From contig OZ237753.1 in assembly GCA_965178125.1 (NCBI GenBank), positions 124,001 through 188,000 on the forward strand: a stretch of DNA of 64,000 nucleotides, read 5' to 3'. Shown piece after piece: positions 51,635 through 62,798 of this stretch. Position numbers and translations under genes: made by a program. How positions within the stretch are numbered: position 1 is the stretch's first letter; each line of letters starts with the position of its first letter. The notes below the pieces were generated by a model that was not told where the DNA came from, ran no database searches, and saw only the letters and a program-made list of their open reading frames with translations. Source of the stretch: Bilabrum cf. latius (Eukaryota).

Positions 51635-51865
51635 AACTGTCACCCCTCTCTACTCCGCCTTCACCCCCCCTTCGCCCGCCCCTAGCCGCCGTTCCTGCTC
51701 GTCATCACTACTGGCCTCATCATCCGCGCTCTCTCTCCTCCGAGTCGCTACGACGCATCTATTCCTGCACCTCGAGCGCAACCCCCCACCCCCGCTAGGG
51801 TACCGCGCCAGACGCGCGACCGCACTCTCAGAGATCTTGTTGATCTCACCAACAAGTACATTTGC

Positions 51866-52441
51866 TGATGCTAGAGTGTACGCGCAACCTTGTTTCGTAA
51901 TTTGCTATCAAGGAGACAGAGTCTAATTCGTTGTTGACGTCAAATGATATGATAAGCGTCAGTCCGATGAGGATGGCTCTACGAAGAAGGGGAACTCGGC
52001 AACACCTTGTCCTTTGAGTCTGGGTGGGAAGAGGAGTCGTTGCGTTAGATATTGAAGCCTTATTAGCGGGAGAAGGCAGGCCACCGAGAGTGGAGGTTGG
52101 CATTTGTCCAGTCAATCGCCTCCATTCGGACATGGCAAGACGAGGCTAGACCCTGACAGCGGCGTCGCGGGGGCCATTATCCGGCCATGCCCGAGCTGTT
52201 CACTTTGAGAGAACGGAGCAGCAACTACAAAGAAATTATCAAATCTTCCGCCCCTCCTCTGAATACAGAGAGGGCATGCGCGTCATTGCAAATCCCGTCG
52301 GCTTGGTCGCACCTTCCGGTTGCGACCACCAGCGGAACCCGACGAGACGTGCCCGCGCTCCCACTCTGACACCAACACCATACGGCGTTGGGAATAATAC
52401 ACAGGAAAGTAAACGTTTATGTAGAACCCCATACGGCGTTA
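51866..52441 (+). repeat. Diverged repeat R interrupted by a solo, diverged Ngaro A-repeat (51903-52129)
   Basis: The R 5' part (tgatgctagagtgtacgcgcaacc..cgtaa) is followed by an A-like block (aaggagacagagtct.attcgttgttgacgtcaaatga..caatcgcctccattcgg). R then resumes at gacatggcaagac. Confidence 0.8.
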
Positions 52442-53123
52442 TGATTAGCAAAAATGATCGGGTGATAACGCTCAATCTGAATTAGCCGGAGTCGTACAGC
52501 GGCCGCTCTGCGTCAGTGCAGGCTCAGCTGTCATCATGCGGGTAATTGCGGGGAGGATGGCCCCTTCGCTCGTGCAGGCTATGGGTATCACCAGTTGGAT
52601 GACAGTAAAGCTAAACCAACTGGAAAAAGTCGGCCGCACCTTGTGCCTGGGCTTGGTGGTGGATCTCGCAGTGGAGTACTCTGGAGACACTGCCCAGCCC
52701 CTGCATCCTGTAGATCTAATGCTTGCTCGGACTTCAGTAACAAATGTGTAGACCCACCGGTTAATGATGCTGAGAAAGAGAGAGACGGGGCACAGGACCT
52801 GGGGTAGACTTTCGCCGCGGAGTCACCTGGTCTACCGGGTCGCTTCTCGCGACCCCTGCCGGCACGGCCGGTGTGCCCCGTCGTCTCAGGGAAACGGCTC
52901 CCTGCCAATGGGTCAATCAATTCACACAAATCATTACATCCCCAGGCAGCCCCCTTGGCTGCCTCCCCCTTGCACAGCCGCGGGTGGGTGGGAGAGAAGA
53001 TAGCTACTGGCTACAGCTGCCTCTGTGTGTCTTTGCTAATCCTGGCAAGTACAGAGTCTGATCTCTCATATCTCAGTGTAGGCTCGAACCGCAATGACAC
53101 CTCGCTGGTCGATCACAGGACCC

Positions 53124-54163
53124 TCAAGTGGCGGCCCCAACCGCCCAGGGGACTGCTGCGGCCTCCACCTTGGCGAGCAGCTCGTCAAAGTCAGTCCGGA
53201 ATTGGGCCCTTTCAATCGCTTTTGCATCTGGCTTCTAGTCTGCTCGTGCACGCTCGCAACCGTGTACCTGCAACACGAGCGACCAGTGAAGGGAGGCATG
53301 GGAGGAATGGGTGGTGCATTGTTTTGAGATACATCATTGGAATCACGGATTGCATGGACACGATAGCAGCAAACTCGAGCATAATGCTGTACGGAATGAT
53401 TCGAGGTCCTACAATCGCAGCCTGGTGTCCTCTGGTCCTCTGTCCGAATGGGCAGCTGCAGCTACGCCGTGCAGTCGAGTGAACTCACCGCGCGAGCAAT
53501 CCGCATCCACGAGGCCGCCTTGGTGAACGGGTCATCTGCAGAAGGAGCATCTTCGAGCTTCCACTGCATGACCGTTCCGATGCTCCGCGAGGCCTCCAGT
53601 CTCAGCTCCTTGGTGGGTGCGGCTGTGGCGGAGGGCATGGGAGACGCAAGGGTGCCGTTGCTGCTGCTCGTCTTGCAGAACCGAGCGTTGTGCTCGGCGT
53701 CCGAATCGTCATCGCTGAATGCAGCGTCTAGGTCATCTTCGTCCATGCCAGCAGCATCTCCTTCTCGACCGCTAGCTGAGGATGCTGGTACAGAAGCTGC
53801 TGTTGTGTCTAGCGCCGCCTCCTCCATACTATCGTCTAAGTTTCTCTGATGTGCAGGCAGTTGAGAAAGAGCAACCTAAGTGGGTTTACCGCCTTTGCCT
53901 TGAATGCTAGCGACGCGCGGCACGCAGTACAGCACGGCAGTCCCGTGTGGGCGATCGAATTTGAAGCCCCGCAACTCTCGACCGCGGAAGAATGCCATGT
54001 GCTCGCCAGGCAATTTGCCAGGCAATTTGCTGACATCCTATGCATCAAAGTACGTATTTACTTTTGCTGGTCCATCAAAGTTAATTCTGCACGGCAGTAC
54101 ATGGGCCACTCCACCCTCTCCGCCGTCGTCCAAAGCTGCTGTTGGAATAACCAAACTCGTCAT
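53124..54163 (-). CDS. RNASEH2C: Ribonuclease H2 subunit C (~272 aa); intron 53268-53488; 3 in-frame TAG
   Basis: With TAG=Q: AHVLPCRINFDGPAKVNTYF..AFFRGRELRG..WKLEDAPSADDPFTKAASWMRIARA|VH. The splice restores the family-typical terminal A-V/I-H. Confidence 0.82.
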
Positions 54164-54341
54164 GCTAACCAACTGCGGTCCTAGCTTAGGTAAGGATACA
54201 AAATTTACAGAATGCTAGTCTGAATGCCAAAGTAAGCTACCAATTTTGAATTCAAGGGCAATAATGGCGACGGCTCCGTCGCAGCATTGTTGCGTGCCAT
54301 TTATCATAGATATTGTGTCCGTTGTTAGCACATAGGCTGTC

Positions 54342-54890
54342 ATGGAATTGCTTGACGATGAAACTGTCTCTTCGCTGCGGGAGGTATATACATAGTTTTC
54401 TGGTTCCTCAGGCTCACTCGGTCCCGATGAGCTCGGGCTAGTGCTTCGGGCTATTGGTGTGGCCAAGCTTACGAGAGCAGAGATTGACGAGATGCTATCA
54501 CAGTTAGATGCATCCGGAAAGGGTCAACTGGACTTTCCAGCGTTCGTGCATTTGATGTGCTCGTAGCTGGAGGATAGACCCGCCGAATTTGAGCTCAGTG
54601 AAGCCTTCACCGAACTAGATTGCGATGGTGACGGCTGCATCAGTGTGTAGGACCTAGTTCAAGCAGCAGCAGTCGCCGGAATAGAAGGCATAGACGTAGA
54701 TGCAGCTGCAAATATATTAGGCGAAGCGAAGATGCCCCCCAGGCCTGAAAACACCCGTGGTGCTGGCAGAAAGAGCGTTGCAAGGAGCGTGCGATCGGTG
54801 CGAAGTGTTGCAAGTTTGGCGGCTGGCGATGCCAGACTGGCCACGACTGTCGGAAAAGGGGAGCTTCGTGAAGTTCTTAAGGGTGTGTGA
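54342..54890 (+). CDS. Calmodulin-like EF-hand protein (182 aa); 3 in-frame TAG; absent from the ORF track
   Basis: MELLDDETVSSLREVYT(Q)F..DELGLVLRAIG..EIDEMLSQLDASGKGQLDFPAFVHLM..ELSEAFTELDCDGDGCISV(Q)DL..-TGA. Confidence 0.85.
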
Positions 54891-55624
54891 CGGCAATGGG
54901 TGGTACTTTCCAGGCAGATCTGATGCGTGCTCGCAGCGCACGCGTTACAGCTGACAGGTCACGGGGCTGCGCTGTGCAGGAAAGCTGCAAGAGAGCAAGC
55001 CCAACAAGTCCATTTAAACGGCTTGCAGTCTACAAGAGCTCAGTAGCAGGAGCACAATTGCACTGTGTTGTTTCTGGCTGTGGCAAAGATGCAGCGAGTG
55101 GGCTCTGTGGATAGATTGATCAGATCAGGGATCGAGCGAGCAAGTACGGCTCGATGGATGCTCTGCTGCTGGAGTGTCTTCGGGCGTGAAGCACGCTGAT
55201 CTGTGGATGCCCCTGACCGGTGCATCTATGCAAGCTGCTCTGTGGCTGGTGCTGACGCAGGGCCTGCCTGCCGTGGGGTACAGCGTGCGACTGAACTGCT
55301 GGAGTAATTCTACATCATTTTGTAGCTTTTGCTCCAGATGCGGTGGTACCTTTCGGTGCTGTGAAGGGCGAATTGGAGTGGTGGTCGATGGCAGTAGGAG
55401 ATGGGGGTTAGGGGGGGGCTCCGAGAGCGCGCCTCGAGGAAGGGGCGGGGTTGGAAGAAACGAGGGGATGTGGAGCGTTCCCGGTCTGGAACCAAGGGCT
55501 CGCGCTTGTATTTGTGTGAAGCTTGTCTTGACTGGTTTCCATAAATTCAATTATGGTTGTGATCAATTGCAGGGCTTGCGAATGATGCCAATGTATGGAA
55601 CGCACGAAGAGCCTCCGCATCCGG

Positions 55625-58600
55625 TTACTCCTCACCATCTAAAATAGGATCGTCCTCGTCCAGGAAGGCAGGCCTCCCACCCTCTCCATAGTCCTCCGCC
55701 AGACCCCCCACGGGCAGGCCCAAGTCAGTCTCCACCTCTTCCAGCCACCGACTCAGGTCAGCAGTTGACAGCTCAGCCGCCCGGATGGACTGCTCCGTGG
55801 GCCGGAAGTTGTCTTGCACCAGACGGTCCAGCCGCTTCTGCAGGGTGGCCATGCTAAGCGGCCGCCTGCCGCGCCGCGACTACCCGCAAGTTTGACCGCC
55901 CTACAGGTGGTCAGAGCCGCTATCCCCCGTGACGCCCCGGAACGGCGTCAGCGCGCTCCTCACCATGTGCTCCCGCCCCTAGCCGTGTCCCGGGCCGCCC
56001 AGCCCCATCGAATTGCCGGGTACACCGGTGGACTGGCCCGCGCTGGCGTCCTGCCTCGCCTATGACCCGCCGCGCATCATGGCTAATCGAGCCGATCCAC
56101 CGGTGGATCCAAGGCCCCCCGCTCCCGCGCGCCGAGATCCCGCCAGCGCCGACCGCCCGGTACGCAGTGCCGAGCGCGGCGTGACAAACGGAGAGGGGCC
56201 GGCGCCGTTCCGGCCTCGTCCCTTCCGCAGCAAGGTGGACAAAGGCGTCCTAGGCGGGGCTGCGGAACGCGCGACGCCTGGAGTGGCTGCGCCGTGTCTC
56301 TGCGGCGTGAACGGATCCGCCGCATGTTGCGCGGCGCCACCTCCACTGCCACCTGCTTGTGCCCCCAGCATCTTGGTTGCCTCCGAGTCCCCGAAGAGCT
56401 TGCTCACACCCTTCTGAAGCTCCTGCGAGTGCCGCCGGCGCAGGGGCGTGGACGGCAGCCGGCTGCCGCCCATACCCTCGCTCGTTCCCTGGGCGTCGCC
56501 GGAGCCGCCCCATCCGGCCGGATCTGCAGCCTCCCGCGCATATGCCCCTGCCGCCGTCGCAGAGGCGTCGTCCCACCCGATGCCCCCTCCTCCCAGACCT
56601 CCTGCTGTGCCTCCGTCTCCACCATCGTCGCCGCCCTAGGGCTGGCCATTGGCGTGTCTGGCGAAGCTGTCGGCGCTGTTGCCCCCGGCCCCGCCCCACA
56701 CGCCGTCGTCGCCGGTGGCGGCACTCAACCCAGCCCCCTTGCCAAAATCGGCCCCCGCGTCTGCCGCGGGCTGCGGCGCAGGTTCCGCCGCCGCAGCTCG
56801 CGCGGCGCCCCCCTTTCCCTGATCCGCCTCGAGCGGGATCCCGGTCACTCCCTGGCCGCGTGCCTCGCAAGCGCTGCCCGTGGCACCGCCTGCATCGCCA
56901 TCTTCGGACACGGTCGACATCCCCTCGAGCATGCTAACCAGCGCGTGCCTTCGCCTGCGGCAGGCCTGCACCAGGTCCTGTGCCTCGCCCACTTTCTTCT
57001 CCAGCTCCGGTATTTCCACGTCGAGCAGCTGCTAGGCCCTCCGATCGTCCTCGGCCTCTGAGGCTGACAGCCTTCCCTGCAGCAGCCTCCTGGCCTCCTC
57101 AATGTGCCTCGCCCTGGCGCTGATGCGGGCCATGCCGGCCTCAAGCTCCTCGATCTGTTCCCCAAGATCCGATCCCCAGTCACCCCGCACCCGGAGCTCA
57201 ACGTCGTCCGCCATCCCACGCGCCGCGTGCACCAGCGGACCCAGCTGCCTCAGCAGGAACAGCCTGCGAGCCCTCAGCTCAGCTAGGCCGGCGGCCAGCC
57301 CCTGGGCGTAGCTGACCCGCTGCTCCGCCCCCCGCAGCAGCACCTCCGCTTTCTCGGGGTACTTGTCGACCTCTTCCACAGCCGAGTCCGGCTGCACCCC
57401 CTTGGCCTCCAGCTCTGCGGAGCCGTCTCCGCCGAGAGTGCGCTGCGCCTCCGGCGCGAACCGCTGGAAGATCTCCAGCGGTGTCTCGCTGGGTGGCAGG
57501 CCCGTGAGGTCGAGGAGGGCCTGCACCTGCTGTTCCCTGGTCTTGGGGTCCTCCGTCTTGCGGTGGTCGTAGCCCCCCGCGATGGCGGAAGCGATCATCC
57601 AAGCATCCGTCTCCGCCTCTGTGAGCCCAGTGCCACCCCCTGCCGCCAGCGCCAGCCGCGGGGGCATCTTGCTGAGCCGCGCCATGGCCTGCCTCCTCCG
57701 TGTTAACCTGCTAAACCGCTTGTTGCTGCGGGCCGCGGGCGGCAGATTCGCCGCCGTGTGTTCCCCGGCCCCTTTCCCCCTGTCCTCCTCGTCCTCCTCC
57801 ATCCTCCTTGCGGCGTCCTGCTCCGCCGCCTCGTCGTCCTCCGCGAGCTCCCTGTCCTCCTTGGTCAGCCCGCCCACGGAGAGGCCCGCGTCCTCCGCGT
57901 CCTCGCCGTAGTCGCCCCCGGCCAGCGCCCCGAGGCCCAGTACCGAACGGAGGTCGATCTCGTCCCCTAGATCCACGGCCTCGGCCCCGGCCTCGGACAG
58001 GGCGTCGCCACCTGCAGAGAGCAGCCCGAGGGCCTTGCCCATTGCCTCATCCGATCGGAGCTGCAGGTCCATGCCCGACCCATGGTGCCTCACGGTCAGC
58101 AAGTCGTCGATCGAGGCGGCCCGTCCCGTCCCTCTGGGAGCAGCGGCACCAGAGGCCGCGGCCTTCCCCGCCGCCTCCGCCCTTCGTTTCAGCTCCGAGT
58201 CGTTCTGGGAGCCTTGTTCCCTGGATCGGACGGCTCGCAGCAAGGAGCGCATGGTGGCTTCGCTCTCGACCGCCACGGGTAGCTGGGGGCTGCCCAAAGC
58301 AGCGCCGAGGGGAGACCCTGAGGATCTACCGGTGGACGGCGCCGCGCACGCGCTGCGCCAGCGGAACCTACCGAGGCCGTCTTCCACCGATGAGCCCTCT
58401 CTATGCCAGAGGGCGGCCTCTGGGTCGTCCTCGGCGGCGGGTGCTTGCGGAACCGGCGCCGCGAGGACCCGCACGGTGCGGCTTGCCACTCCTGCACCTG
58501 GCGTTCCTGCTGATCCCGCAGCGGGAATCGCACCCGCGATGCACTGGTGCGGCGAGGGCGCCACCGCCACCGCCAGGCACTGCATCTTGGCGCTGGCCCC

Positions 58601-60823
58601 AACGAGCGCTCCCGTGATTTTTGAGGTTGCAACCGCCAGCGAGGCCCCCACCTCGGCCGCCTCGAGGAGCGCTCGACGAACTGCCTGCGTGAACCCCAGA
58701 TCCGCGATGAACATTCCTCGAGCGCACGAGACCAGCAGCATGTCGCGGCTGTGCGGGGCAGCTTGCAGCCCGGCGCTGGGCCAGGAGGGGCCAGCGGAAC
58801 CTGGTTGCGCGGCGCCGCCGAAATCATCCCTGTCGTGCCAGGCCTCCGCGACCTCCGCCGGTGCAGGCGCCGACGTGATGCGGAACCAGGCGCCGCCGCG
58901 GTAGGACCACGCGTCGATCTCGCGCGAGGTGGCCCCCGACTCATCGCCCCGGCGCGCACGCTCCGTGGCAGCCGCTGCGGCCCTCGCGTTTGCGACCAGG
59001 GTGGCCTCCCCGATGCCACCGTAGGACGTGCCCGTCATCACGACCGCGCCCTGTCTTGCGGAACCGGAACCGTCGGATTGCGCGGCGCCAAAGCGGCGGA
59101 GCAGCTCCTCGGACCTCTTCATCTCCTGCTGCACGTCGATGCGGCCTATGGTGCCTGCTCCTGCTCCTGCTCCTGCTCCTGCCGCCCCGGTTGGCTGGCC
59201 TGCGTCCAGGCCGTAGAGGTCTTCCTGCGCGTCGGATGATCCGATCCCTCCCCCTGATCCGATCATGTCCACTTCTTCCGCCCGCATGGCTGCTTCTGGC
59301 AGGGCCGCGTACGTCAGTAGCGGAACCAGCGGCGCCGCGCCGCAGTACGCGCGGAGCTCGCCTCGCCTGGTTGCAACCACCAGGGCGGGAAGGGGGCAGG
59401 CCTCGGAGCCGACCGCAAGCACAGACGACAGCTCGTCCCCCACCAGGGGGTGCGAATAGTCCCCAGCACCCCCGGGGATTTCCCCTGCGAACGGCAGGGG
59501 GCCCTGTAGCGCCGGCACCAGCGCGGCGACGTCCGACCAGTTCCCAGACGAGGTTCCGCGGCGCGGCGCCGCGATCGCGGCAGCGTGGGTCGAGAGGCGC
59601 ACTGGCTGGTACTCACGCAGCCGCAGGGTGGTTCCCGCGCCGCCACCACCACCACCGCTGCCCACGGCGGCCTGTGCCCCCGCCGCCTCGCCGACCCCGT
59701 CGCCTGCCTCGCTCGATTTCGATTCCGAGGCCCCCACACCCCCTTTGCCCGTGTCGCCATCGCCCGCCACGCCGCTCTACCCCCCGGCTGCCGGGTTGCT
59801 TCCGCCCTCTTCTCCAGCGCCGAGCCCATCACCATCACCACTCGCCACATCGTATCCATCACTCGACACGACGCCCGGCAGCTCCTCCTCCACGAGCTCA
59901 AAGAAGCTGTCCATCCAGTCGAGCGCATCTTTTATGCCCTGCTCGCTTCCCAGGGGCACGTCGTCCCCCTCTTCCAGTCGGCGAACGTTCGTTTTGAGCT
60001 CGGAGCGAAGGCCCCTCCACTCCGCGTCCGTGATGGTGGCACCCGGCGGCAGCAGCGGGCAAGCGGTCATGACGGTGCCGTCGGCGCACGCGAAGAACAC
60101 CGCCATCTGTTCCCAGCCCCTCTCGGCCCCAAAGCAGAAGTCAACCAACTTCCCCGCACCGCCCTGCGCGAACTTGCTCCTGTCGAACCGATACTCGCCT
60201 ATGGGAGCGAGCACATCGTCGTCGCTTGCATTGCTCTCTTCCGCTTCGTCGTCGTCGGCATCCAAGGGCGCGAAGAAGAGCAGGCTTTCTACCGTGAGGA
60301 CAGTTAGAACTGTTGGGTCTAGGGGGTGCCACCGCACTCGCAAGATCCTGCAGTGCTCCCCGAACCGAGAGGCTGGCGATCCCAAGTGACGCAACGTTGC
60401 CGGAATTGAAGAGCCCCGAGGGCCGTCGAGTGCTTCCAGAGCACCGGGCTTTATCTATACTACAGAGACAAAATGGGGGCCGCTCACGGCGATGGCCCTT
60501 CCGTCTGGTTGGAACTCGAGGGAGGCAGCGTTCAACCATCGCTGGTCGAGCCCAGGTTCTGTCGCGATCACGTGCGTCCACTGCGGTTCGACTTGCTTCG
60601 TAGCCTGGTTATGATCGTATGATTGCTCAATGAAACGGCTACCATTGCTATCAACAGACACCTTCGGCGAATCAGAAGCACACGAGGTTGAACTGGCTCG
60701 TGCTACAAGCGGCATCGGAACATCGTGACCGCACTGGGGTAGAAGCACCTCTGCTCCACTCTATGGACATCTGCACAGCAGTTCCAGCCGAGGCCCAAGT
60801 GATGGGCGTACGATACCCTCCAT
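55625..60823 (-). CDS. NUP88: Nup88/Nup82-like nucleoporin (~1732 aa) with long low-complexity inserts; ~9 in-frame TAG; ends TAA
   Basis: Six ORF fragments lie in one frame. The N-terminal propeller motifs (LEFQPDGRAIAVSG, RVRWHPLDPTVLTVLT, LVDFCFG..GWEQMAVFFACADGTVMTACPLLP) and a C-terminal coiled-coil region resemble Nup88/Nup82. Confidence 0.62.
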
Positions 60824-60926
60824 GACAAGAGATGAGAGAGACGTCCATCCGGCCCACAAGCCGCGAGTTGGTTCCGGTTTCGATGTGGCTGGTGAGGTCG
60901 AGCAAAGATAGAATCTTTGCTGGACG

Positions 60927-62093
60927 ATGCGCTCTACGTTGCAGCTGGTAGCCGCGCTGTGTGTGCTGATCCGGACAAACGCATGGCTATCGACTGATGG
61001 GAATCAGGTCATCAACGCAACAACAACGTCGCCAGTGCACCTGAATAGCATCAACTGGTACGGCCTTGAGTCGACAGACTTCTGCGCTGGTGGTTTGCAG
61101 ATGCGCAATGCATCGTACATTGCGCAGACGATTGCCGACTTGAAATTCAACTCAGTCCGTGTGCCCATGTCTACTGAGCTGATCCTAACGAACCCGAAGA
61201 TTCCAGGGTTTGTGACGACCGGCGAGCCCCGGCTAGCAGGCAAGCACGGGTTAGACTGCTTGGACCTCGTGGTTGATGAAATCACGTCTAAAGGCGTCAT
61301 GGTGGTGCTCGACTTGCACATGCTGGACGGTGGCTGGTGCTGCTCGGGCGACGACGAGAACGGTCTTTGGTACAACACGCGGTGGTCTGAAACAGACTGG
61401 CTGAATTCCCTGTCGCAAGTCACTGCAAGATTTGCTAGCAACGAGATGGTCATCGGGGTAGACATCAAGAACGAGCTGCGGGAAGCCACCCTGAACGGCA
61501 AGACCATCACCCCGCAGTGGGGAAATGGCGACCCCAAGACCGACTGGGCCATGGCTGCGGAACGCGGCGGCGCCGCGGTGCTTGCCGCCAACCCCAACGC
61601 ACTCGTCATCGTGGAGGGCCTATCCTACGCCGGCGACCTCACTGGAGTGGCCAAGCACCCCATCCACCTCCCGAGCGACCACAGGCTGGTCTACGAGAGC
61701 CACGACTACCAGTTCAGCAGTACTTGGAACGACACCTACGACGGCTATGCAGCCCACCTGGACGAGCGGTGGGGCTACATATCCGAGCCGGGTCACGCCT
61801 ACACTGCCCCCCTGTGGATGGGCGAGACGGGCACGTGCAACGCCCAGGACGACGGGTGCATCGCGCCCAACGCGCAAGGGGTGGGCAAGGGCCTGTGGTG
61901 GCAGTTCCTGATGAGGTACATCGGGGAGAGGAAGGACCGGATCAGCTGGGGCTACTGGGCCATCGACGGCACTTAGTCCACTGGGCACGGCCGCACGTGG
62001 AACAAGACGGAGGGGTACGGCATCCTGACGAGGGAATGGGACCAGGTGGCGCTACCCGGGCTGTACAAGGACCTAGTGCAGATCATGTCCTGA
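60927..62093 (+). CDS. Secreted glycoside hydrolase family 5 (cellulase-like, 388 aa); TAG at 61974 read as Gln
   Basis: Signal peptide; NWYGLE, FNSVRVP, KNELR (acid/base Glu), HDY, WMGETG (nucleophile). The C-terminal YWAIDGT(Q)STGHGR..EGYGIL..W motif continues past the TAG to TGA at 62091. Confidence 0.9.
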
Positions 62094-62699
62094 GTTCGGG
62101 TGCAGGGTGTTAGTGCAAGGTTTCATGCTTTGGCGCGCGGGGGCTCGTGGTCTGTAGACAAGGCGGTTTCCACACGGTGATCCAGATTATTTGTAGTTTT
62201 AGCCAATTGGTTATATCGTAAGCAAAAAAATGTCACCCCTTCCTTCACCTGGCACAGGCTGCGGCGGCTGCCCTGCGCCCCGCCTCAGAATAAGAGTACT
62301 GGCCTAGGTCTTGGCACCCGCCCCACTCCTAGATCTACGCCTTGCCCACCATGCCTATCCGAATTCCGGATCGCATCGACCCCCTGTCGTCATCGCCAAG
62401 AGCCACCGCCGTAGGCAGCAGGCGCGAAATCCTATCAAACCCAGCAGCACCCCTATCGTCTCACAGGTAGGCAGGCACTGATCCCAGGTCTTGGGCTGCC
62501 CTGCGATGGACCCTCGCGGGGTCCTGCACTGTCCTCCCTACCACTGGACCCTGTGACGCTTCCACTGGTCTCAGGCTCGGCAGTGGCCGCTGTGCCTAGA
62601 CAGGATCTGTCGTCTCGGACCTTGCCTCGGCCACCTTTGTCTGGCCGGCATCCGCAGCATCCGCGTCCACGTGCGAGCAGATGAAAGCACTGATGGTGG

Positions 62700-62781
62700 A
62701 CATATCTCCATCGCTGCCTGACGGGGCCATGTCTCCATCGCTGCCTGACGGGGCCATGTCTCCATCGCTGCCTGACGGGGC
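62700..62781. repeat. 27-bp minisatellite, 3 copies
   Basis: catRtctccatcgctgcctgacggggc occurs three times. Confidence 0.92.
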
Positions 62782-62798
62782 CCTCTTCTATGCGACCT

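Noticed and set aside
62700-62781. CRISPR-like array
   Set aside because: Head-to-tail 27-bp units without spacers in a eukaryotic context; this is a minisatellite.
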